Positions 14,230 through 26,890 are shown, counted from the first letter of the stretch. The stretch: DNA of 64,000 bases from Eledone cirrhosa (GCA_964016885.1 OZ024741.1:274412001-274476000); one strand, 5' to 3'. Numbers and translations are program-made. Notes: generated by a model from the sequence alone, not told the origin.

Positions 14230-14336
<107 letters not shown>

Positions 14337-14439
14337 TATATATATCCATATATATATGTATTATAAGTTATATATATGTTATATATGTGTATAATAAGTT
14401 ATTATACATTATAAGTTATATATATGTATAATAACTTAT

Positions 14440-14498
<59 letters not shown>

Positions 14499-14660
14499 GT
14501 ATAATAAGTTGATGGGACTAATATGAGTTTCACTGCTAGCACCGGTTGCATCTCAGCATACTCAATAGGTAAGGTTATGCAAAGTCCCAGAGTAAACAGA
14601 AAGTTATTCTCTTCAAAACACACGTACTTATATGTATAAAGCTATGTCGGAGAGAACACC

Positions 14661-14734
<74 letters not shown>

Positions 14735-14862
14735 GAAGTTATATTTAATTTGTTGGGATACAACAAGCAAATATTTTTATAACTATCCGGGAGCTTCCAA
14801 CCGACATGGTCGCATTCTTTAAGGGTATGTCAATATTTGTTTATAAAACTGATCTATATTAT

Positions 14863-14925
14863 ATTTTATCTGATGAAAGCGCACCACAATTTGCTTTGGT
14901 GTCCTTGAAATATGTATAATGAAAT
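14863..14925 (+). ncRNA. Type I hammerhead ribozyme in a PLE pseudo-LTR fragment
   Basis: ATTTTAT-CTGATGA-AAGCGCACCA...TGGTGTCCTT-GAAATATGTATA-ATGAAAT; related to 29916-29976. Confidence 0.7.
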
Positions 14926-15009
14926 AAATATGGTTTTATAAATATAGATTCCATTTGTTAATATATTGTATATATATATATATATACATAAATATGTATA
15001 TATATAGCA

Positions 15010-15225
15010 ATAATAATAAATGTGAAGACTACAATCCAAAGAGGGCCCTCGATAAGGATAAATATATATCAAATATATGAGAACAATAGAGCAAATATTT
15101 ATTTAAATAACAGATTAAAGTTTGAGCAAAGAATCGCTGCTTTCACCTCTAACGGGATCTTCCGTTAAGGGTGAGAGCTGCGATTCTTTGCTCAAACTTT
15201 AATTTGTTATTTTAATAAATATGTA
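15010..15225. repeat. Fold-back repeat, family Y (other pieces near 16570-16650, 23720-23820, 30200-30320, 61310-61380)
   Basis: AATAACAGATTAAAGTTTGAGCAAAGAATCGC...GCGATTCTTTGCTCAAACTTTAATTTGTTATT; centre about 15160. Confidence 0.8.
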
Positions 15226-15419
15226 TATATATATATATATATAAATATATATAAAAAATTAGAATTGGAGCTCTGAAATAGCAATATATATATGGATGTA
15301 TATATAATGTATTTTGCAATACACTTTATGCTTAATTAAAAGCATTTTGAAGACTGTAAGCTATTGTTTTAAAGTAGTGACAAATTCACTCACTTTGATC
15401 TCAGCAAACAGGGGAGATA

Positions 15420-15463
15420 AGCCGACAAGTGTTGTTTCGCTTTGGTTGAAGCTTATCAAGGCC
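15420..15463 (-). ncRNA. Hammerhead ribozyme, U3-A8 core variant
   Basis: GGCC-TTGATAA-GCTTCAACCAAAGC-GAAACAACACTTGTC-GGCT. Confidence 0.7.
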
Positions 15464-15672
15464 AACTACCCCACCTGCTTTTAATTAAGCATAAAGTGTA
15501 TTGCAAAATACATTATATATACATCCATATATATATTGCTATTTCAGAGCTCCAATTCTAATTTTTAATTTCTGCCTGACCAACAACCGCTCTGCATAAT
15601 CAGCTCCTGATTATTTACTAGATTTCTATAAGAATATAACATCAATGATCTCAGTAAACAGATGGGGTTGTT

Positions 15673-15716
15673 GGCCTTGATAAGCTTCAACCAAAGCGAA
15701 ACAAGACTTGTCGGCT
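15673..15716 (+). ncRNA. Hammerhead ribozyme, U3-A8 core variant
   Basis: GGCC-TTGATAA-GCTTCAACCAAAGC-GAAACAAGACTTGTC-GGCT; all three stems can form. Confidence 0.72.
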
Positions 15717-15840
15717 TATCTCCCCTGTTTGCTGAGATCAAAGTGAGTGAATTTATCACTACTTTAAAACAATAGCTTACGGTCTTCAAAATGCTTTTAA
15801 TTAAGCATAAAGTGTATTGCAAAATACATTATATATACAT

Positions 15841-15926
<86 letters not shown>

Positions 15927-15949
15927 GTATGTGTATATATATTTATATA

Positions 15950-16510
15950 TAAATGAAAAATGGCGAGCTGTTTTGTTGCAATTAAGTATAATAAATGAAT
16001 AATTAGAAATAGAAGTTGGAATATCCGTCATCAGTTGTCTACTAGCCATCATTGGTATTTCTTCGCATTACAGACCATATACCTCCAGCTAGGGCGATAC
16101 AATAACTAAAAAATTATTGGGATAAAAAGAGTTGGGTGGAGAAAGAGGGACATGTAAACAAACACGAATGGTGAGGCAACGTAAAGAGAGGAGAAAATGA
16201 GAAAATCAAGTCAATAATTCATTTCGAACATAAGAACGGGCGAATATTGACGTGAAGGCAAAGACACATCTTAGCCGTACGGATGTGAGCGAGGAAGAAG
16301 ATCGCGTACGGTGTGGGACGATGGAGGAAGTGAGAGATGAGTGAAAGTACGAGGAAGAGGCTAGCCGAGAGAAGGTGTCTAGAAGAGGGGGTGAGTGAAA
16401 GTAAGAGGGAGAAGGAGAGAGAAGGGGGAGAGAGAAAGAGGATAGCAGTAAGGGAAGAGAAAAAAGACAGGTCACAGCGAAGGGGAAAGCATATATGAAT
16501 GAAAAATATA
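15950..16510 (-). mobile_element. Dispersed repeat family N (PLE-like terminus) with conserved structured motif
   Basis: Homologous to 53460-53980 and 51710-51850; sits between (TA)n/(CA)n tracts. Confidence 0.7.
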
Positions 16511-16522
16511 CACACACACACT

Positions 16523-16559
<37 letters not shown>

Positions 16560-16642
16560 TTGCTCTACGGTTCTTATATATTTGATATATATTTATCCTT
16601 ATTGAGCCCTCTTTGGATTTTAGTCTTCAAATTTATTATTAT

Positions 16643-16702
<60 letters not shown>

Positions 16703-16999
16703 AAGAGTGTGTGTTTGTGCGACTGTGCGGGAGTGAGGCTTATATGTGTGCGTGTGTGAGTGTGTTTGTAGACACCTGACTATAGCCATTATTAGCTTAA
16801 GTGAACCTTAAAAATCAGGAGTGGCACCCCCAGTTTGAACTTGTCTATAGAATTCTTTCTGCCTTTGTTACTCTAAATATAGTTTTTAAAGATTTCCCTT
16901 TTCTTTAAACCCATCAACCAATGACCTCCACCCATCCCAATCACCACCCTCTACTACCACCAGAAAAGATATAAATACCACAATATTACTTGGACAGTC

Positions 17000-17050
17000 G
17001 GCTTCCTGATGATTTCTCCCGAATGAAACAGTTCTAGTCCTGTAGAAGCC
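17000..17050 (+). ncRNA. Type I hammerhead ribozyme
   Basis: GGCTTC-CTGATGA-TTTCTCCCGAAT-GAAACAG-TTCTAGTC-CTGTA-GAAGCC; stems I (6 bp), II and III present; GUA site. Confidence 0.88.
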
Positions 17051-17181
17051 TTTTCTATATTAAATATGTATACTTTGCTTTGTATTGAGTACCTTATTTA
17101 CTGTGATTACCCCCGATTGAACCCGGATTAAACTTATCTTTTAGCACCCACTGTGCCCCTCTTAACCATCACCAAGAAACC

Positions 17182-17450
17182 ATGCTGACCAAACTCGATC
17201 TCGATATCTCCTTGAAGAACATCCCGATCCTTTCAAGGAAACAATACTTAAAAACACTCATCAAACGTACAGACGAGTTCATTAAGCGAATTAGATGAAG
17301 AGCCTTCTTCTTCGACCACCCTGATGTAGCATCTACCAATGATGAGAAGTTCGGTTTTAAAACGAAGAAGGCACAACCCCCCAACAGCCTACTTGAACCA
17401 TTTGAGGAAGACCTCTTCAAAATGATCAGAGACAATAAACTATTCGTAAA
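17182..17450 (+). pseudogene. N-terminal fragment of a Penelope-like ORF (Hydra-clade-like) following the pseudo-LTR
   Basis: MLTKLDLDISLKNIPILSRKQYLKTLIKRTDEFIKRIR*RAFFF...FGFKTKKAQPPNSLLEPFEEDLFKMI; one TGA where Trp is expected. Confidence 0.72.
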
Positions 17451-17541
17451 CATACCGTTTATCGATAGATATACTAACATACACACTCACACAGAAATAA
17501 ACATACACAGACACACGTATATATATATTTCTATACACACA

Positions 17542-17640
<99 letters not shown>

Positions 17641-17645
17641 ATATA

Positions 17646-17717
<72 letters not shown>

Positions 17718-17718
<1 letters not shown>

Positions 17719-18215
17719 AATGGAAGTACAGCATAATCGAAGCTCTGGCTGCAGCTCAGCTAATGAATGCAATCGGAATGTGCAACTAAGCACTCAATAA
17801 GGTATTTTACCTTAGAGTAATAACATTACGTTTAGACAGCTTTGCAAATCGAAGACTGCGACAGGTACGCCAGCCGCAGGGACCAAAGCAACGAGAAAAC
17901 TGACTGAGGATAATTTGACAAACCTGGACCATCGCGTCGATATTAAGCGAATATCTCCGCTAGGTTTCTGTGAAATCCGAAATCAACAAAATCTACTTGC
18001 GGGGCATGCAAATTATTGGTTTTGGGAGATCGAACAGAGGATTCACTTTCTCAACAGGTATCCGATCTCCGCCACGCCAGTAGTGAATTTTAGCAGTAAA
18101 CACTGCTGGTGTTCACATGGTTTTCCCAAAGGGAGGTAACCCCCGGTTTCGGGGGGTCAAAATTCAAATTTTGAACAAAGGAATAAATTCCTTTCCACAA
18201 ACCGAATAAAGCTCT
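17718..18215 (+). repeat. Dispersed repeat abutting (TA)n; inverse homolog at 28200-29008
   Basis: CAGCATAATCGAAGCTCTGG... and GGGAGGTAACCCCCGGTTT...TTTGAACAAAGGA both recur reverse-complemented. Confidence 0.8.
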
Positions 18216-18891
18216 CCACCAGACGAGATTGAGATAGAAAGAAAAAGAGAGGGAGAGAGGGGGAGGGAGATTATACAGCATATGACATCGCAATGACTAC
18301 ATGACAAAGTATAAAACGTAAGTGATTCGGCGAAAACACCAATCAATCTTTAACGGTGAATAGTAGTTGAGACGATCAAATAATCTAAAATCATGTTAGG
18401 ACAACGAATTAAATTATAGCATGGAGAAATCCGAAGCTTTTGAATTGTTTCCGAGAGTTTATGATGACAACGAAGAAGAAGCTTCATCGCTTCACTTCTT
18501 TTCTCGTTTCACATCAAGAACTACTCAAAGCTAGGTTTCTAAATCAGTGAAACATCAACGAGATACGACTGTGGAGTAATTAAATAGCTATGGCTTCATG
18601 GTGCAAAAATTCTACGCCGACTTTCATCCATTTCATGAGCAGACGACAGGATTTCAGCTAGCTACATTACATTATTCTCAAATAACAAAACTAAATGTTT
18701 AAGTGAAAGACGGGCGCTGGAGCTCACATTCAATTCCAGAATGTGAGAAATCTTAGACAATATCAAATTATGTTTATTTACATATTCGAGGTATTTTCAA
18801 ATATTTTTGTTTACAATTCTAAAATCAGAATGCGAGACAATCATAGAATGTTATGACATAAAGAAGCAGAAAATTTGTAATAAAAAAAAAA

Positions 18892-19420
18892 TTTGATTTC
18901 TAATTTCGGCACAAGGCCAGTAAATTTGAAGGCAAGGCCAAAGTTGATTATATCAATCCTAGTACTTTACTGGTATTTTAATTTACCAACACTAGGAGGA
19001 TGGAAAGATTTGGGGCAAGGCCAAAGTACTTTACTGGTACTTTATTTTATCGACCCTGGGGTAAGGGAATGGTTTTGGGCAAGCCAAAGTTGATTAAATC
19101 AACCCTAGTACTTTACTAGCACTTTATTTTATCCACCCCGGGGCAGGAAAGATTTGAGGTAAGACCAAAGTTGATTAAATCAACCCTAGTACTTTACTAG
19201 TAATTTTTTTATCAACCCCGGGGGAAGGAAAGATTTGAGGGAAGGCCAAAGTTGATTAAATCAACCCTAGTACTTTACTAGTAATCTTTTTATCCACCTC
19301 GGGAAGATGGCAAACAATGTTGATCTTAGCAAGATTTTAATTCAGAATGTAAAGAGCTAGAACAAACACCACGATGGTATTTTATCCGGCGCTCTACCAA
19401 TTCTGATAATCCAACACCCT
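18892..19420 (-). mobile_element. tRNA-derived SINE with internal tandem amplification (about 60-65 bp unit, about 6 copies)
   Basis: Tail TTCGGCACAAGGCCAG, repeated CCAAAGTTGATTAAATCAACCCTAGTACTTTACTAG...TTTTATC-ACCCC, degenerate head at 19330-19420. Confidence 0.72.
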
Positions 19421-19442
19421 TCCATAAATAGATATGCATACA

Positions 19443-19479
<37 letters not shown>

Positions 19480-19606
19480 ATATATATATGTGTGTGTGTG
19501 TGTGTATGTAAAAGGTGAAAACAAAATAATAAAGCAAACGACACAGTACATTGAAGAAACATTTTATAAATATATATTTATATAGTAATATATATACATA
19601 TACACT

Positions 19607-19675
<69 letters not shown>

Positions 19676-20074
19676 CCCCATTCTCAACAGACGTGAAGCT
19701 AATAACACTATGTACCATTGACACCACCATTTATTTGTTTGTTTATCATTTTGAACTATATATATATATATATTAATATAAATAATCAAACAAATCTATA
19801 TAACTCTTTTGAAAAACATGGAAAGGGGCAATAACGTTAAAATGAATATTAATTAAACTCGACTGAAAGAGAGGAAAAAAGTGAAATATCGGAATGTATC
19901 AATATCCAATAAATCAATACAAATGTGATACCAAAAATTACTTTTATAAATTTGCCATCAATAAACATTTCATTTATATTTTCGTCAGTCATAAAAGCGT
20001 TTTTTTTTTTACGTAAACTTTCCATGTATGTATATGTATGTATTTGTGTGTATATATATATATATATATATAGA

Positions 20075-20155
<81 letters not shown>

Positions 20156-20193
20156 AAAATAATATGGAAAACGACAATATATGTATATATATA

Positions 20194-20286
<93 letters not shown>

Positions 20287-20401
20287 AGTAAGGTTGCTTG
20301 GATGCGTCCATAGGCGGTATGCCGGTTTAGCACTCTATGCTCCTTCAGGGCAGAGTATAATAATATGGAAAACAACAGAGGATTTGCTTCGAAGTCGCTA
20401 G

Positions 20402-20494
20402 ACGTATCTGAGGAACTTGCGAATCCAGAGTCAGGTTTATTCCACAATTAGATCGCACCTCAAGCTGTTCGCCGGAGAAACAATTGTAATACGT
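20402..20494 (+). ncRNA. Type I hammerhead ribozyme with long stem II region
   Basis: ACGTAT-CTGAGGA-(about 60 nt)-GAAAC-AATT-GTA-ATACGT; perfect stem I, palindromic stem III. Confidence 0.75.
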
Positions 20495-20562
20495 TAATAT
20501 ATTGTTTCGATGCATCACTGATTCTTCGTTTTCCATATTATATATACACACAAACACACACA

Positions 20563-20631
<69 letters not shown>

Positions 20632-20657
20632 ACACACAGACACACACACACACACCC

Positions 20658-20739
<82 letters not shown>

Positions 20740-20798
20740 CGTCAGGTTCAATCGAATCGAATTGATTTCTTTCGAACAGTTCTAGTCCCGTAGAAACC

Positions 20799-20844
<46 letters not shown>

Positions 20845-21074
20845 CAGGGACAGAGATATGAACTTTCCTCTCTAAATATGTATGTAAAAACTAATAATTC
20901 CTATAAATATGCAACATTATGCATATCCGCAGTTGAAAAAGCATATAACCGGTATTATTAAATGCGGAAACATCCACTTATTGATAAATGTTTTGACATT
21001 ATACTGAAAGAATCTCTTCAGCATTTTCTACTGAAAAAATATTTTTCCTCTCTACTATTTGTTTATATATACTA

Positions 21075-21491
21075 GGGTGCTCTTGCCGTAAGCCCGAAGC
21101 TTGTCCCCTTCAACAGCAATACAACACACCCGCTGTAGTTTATGAAGCTGTGGTCACTTTCAACCGACCAAATCAACCACAGGAGGTCGAATCCTATGTG
21201 GGTATGGCGGAGGGCCGATTTAAGGAACGCTTCCTGAACCATCGATCGACCTTTAGGTACCCGGACAGACATTCATCCACGAAACTCGCGAGCCATGTAT
21301 GGTCTCTCAAGGACTCAAGTATAGACTACTCCATTCAATGGAAAGCCATCACTAAGTCCATGCCATACGTAAGGGGCAATCCGTCGTGTGGACTATGTAT
21401 TTATGAACGAATAAATATTCTAAAGATATTAGGCAATAGTGATTGCCTAAACACGAGAAATGAATTCTTCACACATTGTCCACACGTCTGA
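21075..21491 (+). pseudogene. GIY-YIG endonuclease of a 5'-truncated Penelope-like element (Hydra-clade-like)
   Basis: CSCRKPEACPL...VVYEA...YVG...FKERFLNH...TKLASHVWSLK...CGLCIYE...LNTRNEFFTHCPH. Confidence 0.88.
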
Positions 21492-21694
21492 AAACACCTC
21501 TTACATAACTACAAAGCTCCGGATTGAATTACAACATCCTAATTTTCTTATCAACCAGAAACTTTCGGACTTTCGCAGTTATCTCCCTTACACCTCTCGC
21601 ACGCAATTTAGTATTGCCTCTGTGAAGTGATCGTTTCTGCGCATGCGCATTCGTACGGTTGTCCTTCCTCTTCCGTATAACCATGTCCATTACG

Positions 21695-21728
21695 AGCTGA
21701 GGATCCGCTAAGGTGAAACAATTGTTCT
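21695..21728 (+). ncRNA. Minimal hammerhead in the 3' pseudo-LTR of the 21.1 kb PLE
   Basis: CTGAGGA-TCCGCTAAGGT-GAAACAATTGTT; about 200 nt after the ORF and just before (TA)n. Confidence 0.68.
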
Positions 21729-21758
21729 AGGTATGGTGAACTAACTGTTGTGTAACCA

Positions 21759-21810
<52 letters not shown>

Positions 21811-21964
21811 AAAAAGGAGTAAGGTTCTATAGACAACAGAGGTTTTAGAGAAAAAGTGGAATTGGAAATAGTACGATAACTGTATTTAAAGGATATGTTT
21901 TTCTTTTTTTTCCTTCTTTAATTCATCCAAGTGTAAAAAGGAAAACATATGTATATATATATAT

Positions 21965-22270
21965 ATTGTTTTGCAAGGTTTTTGATATGAAAATCGTGTG
22001 TTGAAACAAATATTGTTATATTTGGGGAGGGTCATGTTGTTATAATATTGCCAGAAATAATAATAAAACACACTCACTGTTTGGTTTTGGTTGATTTGCG
22101 ATTCCGTACATTTTATATTCCTATAGTTAATTTAGCTGGCAATCAATGTTTATCATTGATTGACCAACAGTTAAAAATATAGATATAAATAAATATATAA
22201 ATTAATACAAATTAACTATAGGGATATAAAATATACGGAAGCGAAAGTCAACCAAAACTAAACAGTGAGA
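21965..22270. repeat. PLE-terminus homolog with inverted arms
   Basis: 21965-22075 resembles 55520-55610; 22073-22135 inverts 22210-22270. Confidence 0.7.
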
Positions 22271-22319
22271 CATACATACATATAAATATGTATGTATGTA
22301 TGTATGTATGTATTTATGT

Positions 22320-23375
22320 CAGGTCACCAGTTGTGCTACTGGTAACATGTATCCCAGTACAACTTGTCTCATGGTCGGGTCGTTGGCGACTAAACTGGCA
22401 ACCCCACCAGGGTTTCTTGGTGAGGAGGGTGACTTTGGACATCCTGCAGGACTAAAAACAAAACCTGTCAAAGGGCAAAGGAGCTCTTAAGAGTCAATGG
22501 CCATCCAAAATCACCGGGAGAGATGACCCCTTAGCCTTTGTCAAGGCAGAATTCTAGGAGAAGGAAAACTCTGATATAACACCTGCAACTCTGATGGTAT
22601 CCAATGATGTTGACTTGTTTTTCTTTTTGGTAAATATCATCTTGGTTAAGAGAGTGGGACTGGCTTTGTGCAGTGCCTTTGCTCACTAAAAAAGCTTCAC
22701 GGCACAGGCATTGCTTTATATCTGGAGATCTCTCTGCACTTGTCGTCACATGGTACCAAGGGCCCAGCACTATGTGTCAATAATTGTCACAAGTGTAGTG
22801 TTTGTACCAAAGTTTTCAAGTCGCTGGCTGGACTAAAAAGTCACACTCGTTCAGCGCATCGGTAGGGTTTCTCCTACATGGATATAAAGTAGTGGCCGTA
22901 CTCGAAAACGAGTTGGCAGCCACCATGTATATATGTATATATGTATGTATGTAACCCAGTACAACCTGTCGCATGGTCGGGTAGTCGGCGACTAAACCGG
23001 CAACCGCACCAAGTTTACTTGGTGAGGAGGTAATTGTGGACACCCTGCAGGACAAAAAACAAAACCTGACAAAGGGCGGAAGAACTCATGAGAGTCAACG
23101 GCCATACAAAAGTGTGTAAATATGTATATACACCTGTACCACGCGGTTAAACCACTGGGAGTGAAGGACCCCCTAGCCTTTGTCAGGGCATTCTTCTAGG
23201 GGAAGGCAACTCAGGAAACTGGGATATAATATCTGTGATATAAAATCCGATATAAAATCTGCGGCTCAGTAGTTATCGATGATGTTGATCTTTTCTTCTT
23301 TTCGGGTTGTAGCTACTGTCGCTCAGAAAGTGGGATTGGCTCAGTGCACAGTCTTTCCGCACAGGCATTGCACGA
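22320..23375 (+). mobile_element. Two tandem copies of an RTE-like LINE derivative
   Basis: CCCAGTACAAC-TGTC-CATGGTCGGGT... repeated at about 22350 and 22950; first copy ends in C2H2 coding piece HKCSVCTKVFKSLAGLKSHTRSAHR; (TATG)n flanks. Confidence 0.55.
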
Positions 23376-23464
23376 TAGAATTAATTAATAACTATTAATA
23401 ATGGTATATCATGCAATGGGCATACTCGATAACAAGGGGGCAGCCATCATGTATATATATAAAG

Positions 23465-23692
23465 TCTAAAGTCTGTCTTAAGCCAAAAGGCTCATTTGGC
23501 CGGTCCTTATCCCGGTTTCATGGTGTGAAGCGACTGAGAGTACAAGACTTCTCCCTGGACAGGACACCAGTCCATCGCAGGGTTGAACTCCCAGCTATTG
23601 CTGGCACTCATTTTCAGCTGAGTATACTGGAGCAACGTGAAATGAAGTGTTTTGCTCAAGACCACATCACGCAGCCCAGGAATCGAACCCAC
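23465..23692 (-). mobile_element. 5'-truncated tRNA-derived SINE (CORE/V-like body)
   Basis: B box GGTTCGATTCC, then GTCTTGAGCAAAACACTTCATTTCACGTTGCTCCAG and CCTGCGATGGACTGGTGTCCTGTCCAGGG. Confidence 0.8.
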
Positions 23693-24530
23693 GTATATAT
23701 ATATATATATATTATAAGAAAAGATTAAAGTTTAAGCAAAGTATCACTGCTTTCACCCTTAACGGAATATAACCCTTATCGAGCCCTCTTCGGCATTTAG
23801 ACTTCACATTTGTTATTACTATATATATGTATGTGTGTGTGTGTGTGTTTGTGTGTGTTTGTATGTGTTTGTGTGTGTGTGTGTGTGTGTATTTGTGTGT
23901 GTGTTTGTATATGTGTGTTTGTATATGTGTGTGTGTGTGTTGTATATGTGTGTGTGTGTGTTGTATGTGTGTGTATGTGTGTGTGTAATTAGCCAAGGCT
24001 TTTAAACAATGGTCCAATCTATCTACGTTAAATATACATTAAATATTTTAACATGTGCTGTGACCAAACATAAATATTTAATATATAATTAATTATACAT
24101 ATGACGCCTATTTCTCTAAAAAAGGAAAACTCTCAGACTCTTAGATTTTTCACAGATTCTTAGATTTTGAACAGCCAATTCCCCAACCCGCGCCTACCCC
24201 GTGTACTGAAAACAATATTGTTTCACCTTATAAAATTTCTCTCGGATGTTTTCAGTTACCTTAATTAGTCCTACTCTAGGTATTTTTCACCTAAAGTGCT
24301 CAACAACGAGTAATTTTATAATAAAACTATGTGGTGCCAAGACATAAGTCTAAATGCAGTGTAAGAATAGACGGAAGGAGCCAGCGAACCTCTGATTCAA
24401 CATATAGAGAAAATATATCTATGATCTTAGCTCGCAATAGCATGTCTTCCGCTATATATGAGAACTATAACAATAATAGCTATGTCTTGGTATGCATATA
24501 CATACATACACACATGCATATATATATCTA

Positions 24531-24588
<58 letters not shown>

Positions 24589-24716
24589 CGCACATACATA
24601 TGTGCATACCTACATACATATATATATTTATGTATATATATATATATACTATATTATATTTTGAGAATAAACTCTCAGTCGTTTACAATAATATATATAT
24701 ATATACACACACAATA

Positions 24717-24770
<54 letters not shown>

Positions 24771-24825
24771 GTGTGTTGGAGTGAAATTTTAGTAAGTTAA
24801 TTTTTATAATTTTCTTATTTACGTC

Positions 24826-24874
<49 letters not shown>

Positions 24875-24880
24875 ATATAC

Positions 24881-24970
<90 letters not shown>

Positions 24971-24976
24971 ATATAC

Positions 24977-25029
<53 letters not shown>

Positions 25030-25444
25030 GTGTCACTAAAAATTGTATACACACTTCAACACCATTCTAATAAGGGCGTGTATATGTATACATATATATA
25101 CATATATATACGTATATATATGTATGTATACCACCCTCAAATATATTCTCCACCCACCACCATCACCCCACACCAACCCCTACATAGCTGTCCAGTTCAT
25201 GTTATACAATATGATTGTAGTAAAATTACTAACGTATCATATAACTATTATCCAGAATATAGTTAGTTGTCTGCGTTGGTGCGTACACACATACGTACTT
25301 ATATATATACTAGCTGACGTACCCAGCTTCGCCCGGGTAAACAGATGATAAGAGAAGACAGGTAAAAGAGAAAATGACTGTATTGGATGTTTGTCTGGTT
25401 ACAGTATGAGGCGAGTCCGTGGTGTCAGTGTGATACAGAAAACA

Positions 25445-25643
25445 GTAAAAAAAAAATCTTCCAGATATACCAGATCCTTCGTTGTACCGTTTGTGCATAG
25501 TATATGAACAATTCTAGGTGCTCCCACCTAGAATAGTGACCTCTAGGAGATGGTTCATCTTCTACCTGACTGTAAAACGTGTATCATTGCATAGACGTGG
25601 TTGTTCCACGTTTCTCAAAAGGATGATGGCAGTTCCAATCTTT
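25445..25643 (-). pseudogene. Helitron Pif1-helicase remnants
   Basis: KIGTAIILLRNVEQPRLCNDTRFTVR*KMNHLLEVTILGG then YILCTNGTTKDLVYLE (C-terminal TKNIVY-like). Confidence 0.85.
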
Positions 25644-25673
25644 TATATTATATGTAGATATAGATATAGATAA

Positions 25674-25931
25674 TTAATATAAAAGATGATGCTCAGCCAG
25701 TTCGTCTTCAACCATCGCAGCACGCCGTCGCTGCTTGGCTCCAGTGTTTCGTTGGCGTTGTTCAGCCAGCTCCTCTTCATTCATGGCGACACGTTTTCGC
25801 CTCTGAAGTTCGGCGTTCCAATGGCGCTGTTCGGCCCGTTTTTCTTCATTTATCGCTGCACGCCGTCGCCGCTGTAGTTCACTGTTTGATAAAGTCGAAT
25901 TGCTTTTATTATCAGTATTCATTTCGAGCAA
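25674..25931 (-). pseudogene. Helitron RepHel N-terminal STPR-like 23-aa repeats
   Basis: NSELQRRRRAAINEEKRAEQRHW / NAELQRRKRVAMNEEELAEQRQR / NTGAKQRRRAAMVEDELAEH. Confidence 0.7.
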
Positions 25932-26369
25932 TTGTCAAAAAATGACACAATAATAAATATAAAAGATGTCTGTCAATGTAAAAAAAGGACCCTATTTACT
26001 CCCTTCATAACTCTGTGTATGTTAGACTGACAGACAGGCACACAGACATACGCGCACGTAAATACACACGCACACATGGTAATAGTTACAGCGTTCACTT
26101 TGCCTCTCTGTTTCTTACTCTCCCCTCTCACTCCCTCATTGGCATTATGCGTATTAATTTAAGTTTGGCGTCGTTGAGGTGGGTGGAGTCGTTTGAAACC
26201 TATGAACCAATGATAATCGAGAATTATGACACACGGAATACTGACGTTGTTCAAATTAATATATAGATGTGTGTTCATCTGTATTTATATATATAGATAG
26301 ATACATACACACAAACACACGCACAAATATAGATATATACATACATACATATATATACATATACATATA

Positions 26370-26625
26370 TTAGGAAATAGAATAGCTTTCACCGTATTTT
26401 TTACTAAAGAAATTTTAGCCTGATAATGGGGTTTAGAACCCTCAGATAAATGGAAAAAGATGAGTATTGACGTACATGTACGCCAATACTCATCTTTTTC
26501 CATTTATCTGAGGGTTCTAAACCCCATTATCAGGCTTAAATTCCTTTAGTAAAAAATACGGTGAAAGCTATTCTATTTTCTAATTTCAAACCTGCTCACT
26601 GTTTCAAAACATACTTACTTATATA
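26370..26625. repeat. Near-perfect palindrome of about 210 bp, family Z copy 1
   Basis: Arms of about 100 bp centred on GTACATGTAC at 26472-26481; homolog at 52791-53060. Confidence 0.9.
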
Positions 26626-26810
26626 TATTATATATATATAAACATATATATATAAACATATAAATGAAAGGTATAGAAAACATTGTAGCAAAAAGCCAAC
26701 AGTATTCCATAATATATATATATATATATATATATATGAGCGGAACAAGTAAACATTAAACAATCTTTTAAATAAATTAAAATACGATTTAAATATTCAC
26801 CTCTTCTAGT

Positions 26811-26890
26811 GCTGTGACCGACGGTTTCGCTTATCAAAAGAAGGGAAATTCAGAGAATTTCCAATGGAAAGAATTAGCTCTTCAGACAGC
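26811..26890 (-). ncRNA. Type I hammerhead ribozyme
   Basis: GCTGT-CTGAAGA-GCT...AGC-GAAACC-GTC-GGTC-ACAGC; stem I 5 bp, GUC site, extra GGAAATTC/GAATTTCC hairpin inside stem II. Confidence 0.85.

Larger units (their letters stand above)
15255..15845. mobile_element. Nested inverted PLE-like terminus with two HHR copies
   Basis: 15480-15565 inverts 15255-15340; 15660-15845 inverts 15295-15480; (TA)n on both sides. Confidence 0.8.
25310..26267 (-). mobile_element. Non-autonomous, internally deleted Helitron
   Basis: 5' A|TCTATATATTAA at 26267; 3' hairpin ACCCGG-GCGAAG-CTGGGT then CTAG|T at 25310; internal RepHel remnants. Confidence 0.88.

Noticed and set aside
17296-17299. In-frame TGA as selenocysteine, as in some Naiad PLEs
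   Set aside because: Falls at an expected Trp (TGG to TGA), not a Cys; no SECIS seen. The TGA after the 21.1 kb ORF is likewise most simply a stop or decay
18930-19310. Possible CRISPR-like array
   Set aside because: Whole units repeat with no unique spacers, SINE-derived, eukaryotic context, no cas genes
20982-21028. Hammerhead on the minus strand
   Set aside because: CTGAAGA present but GAAA reads AAAA and stem I does not pair; at best a decayed relic
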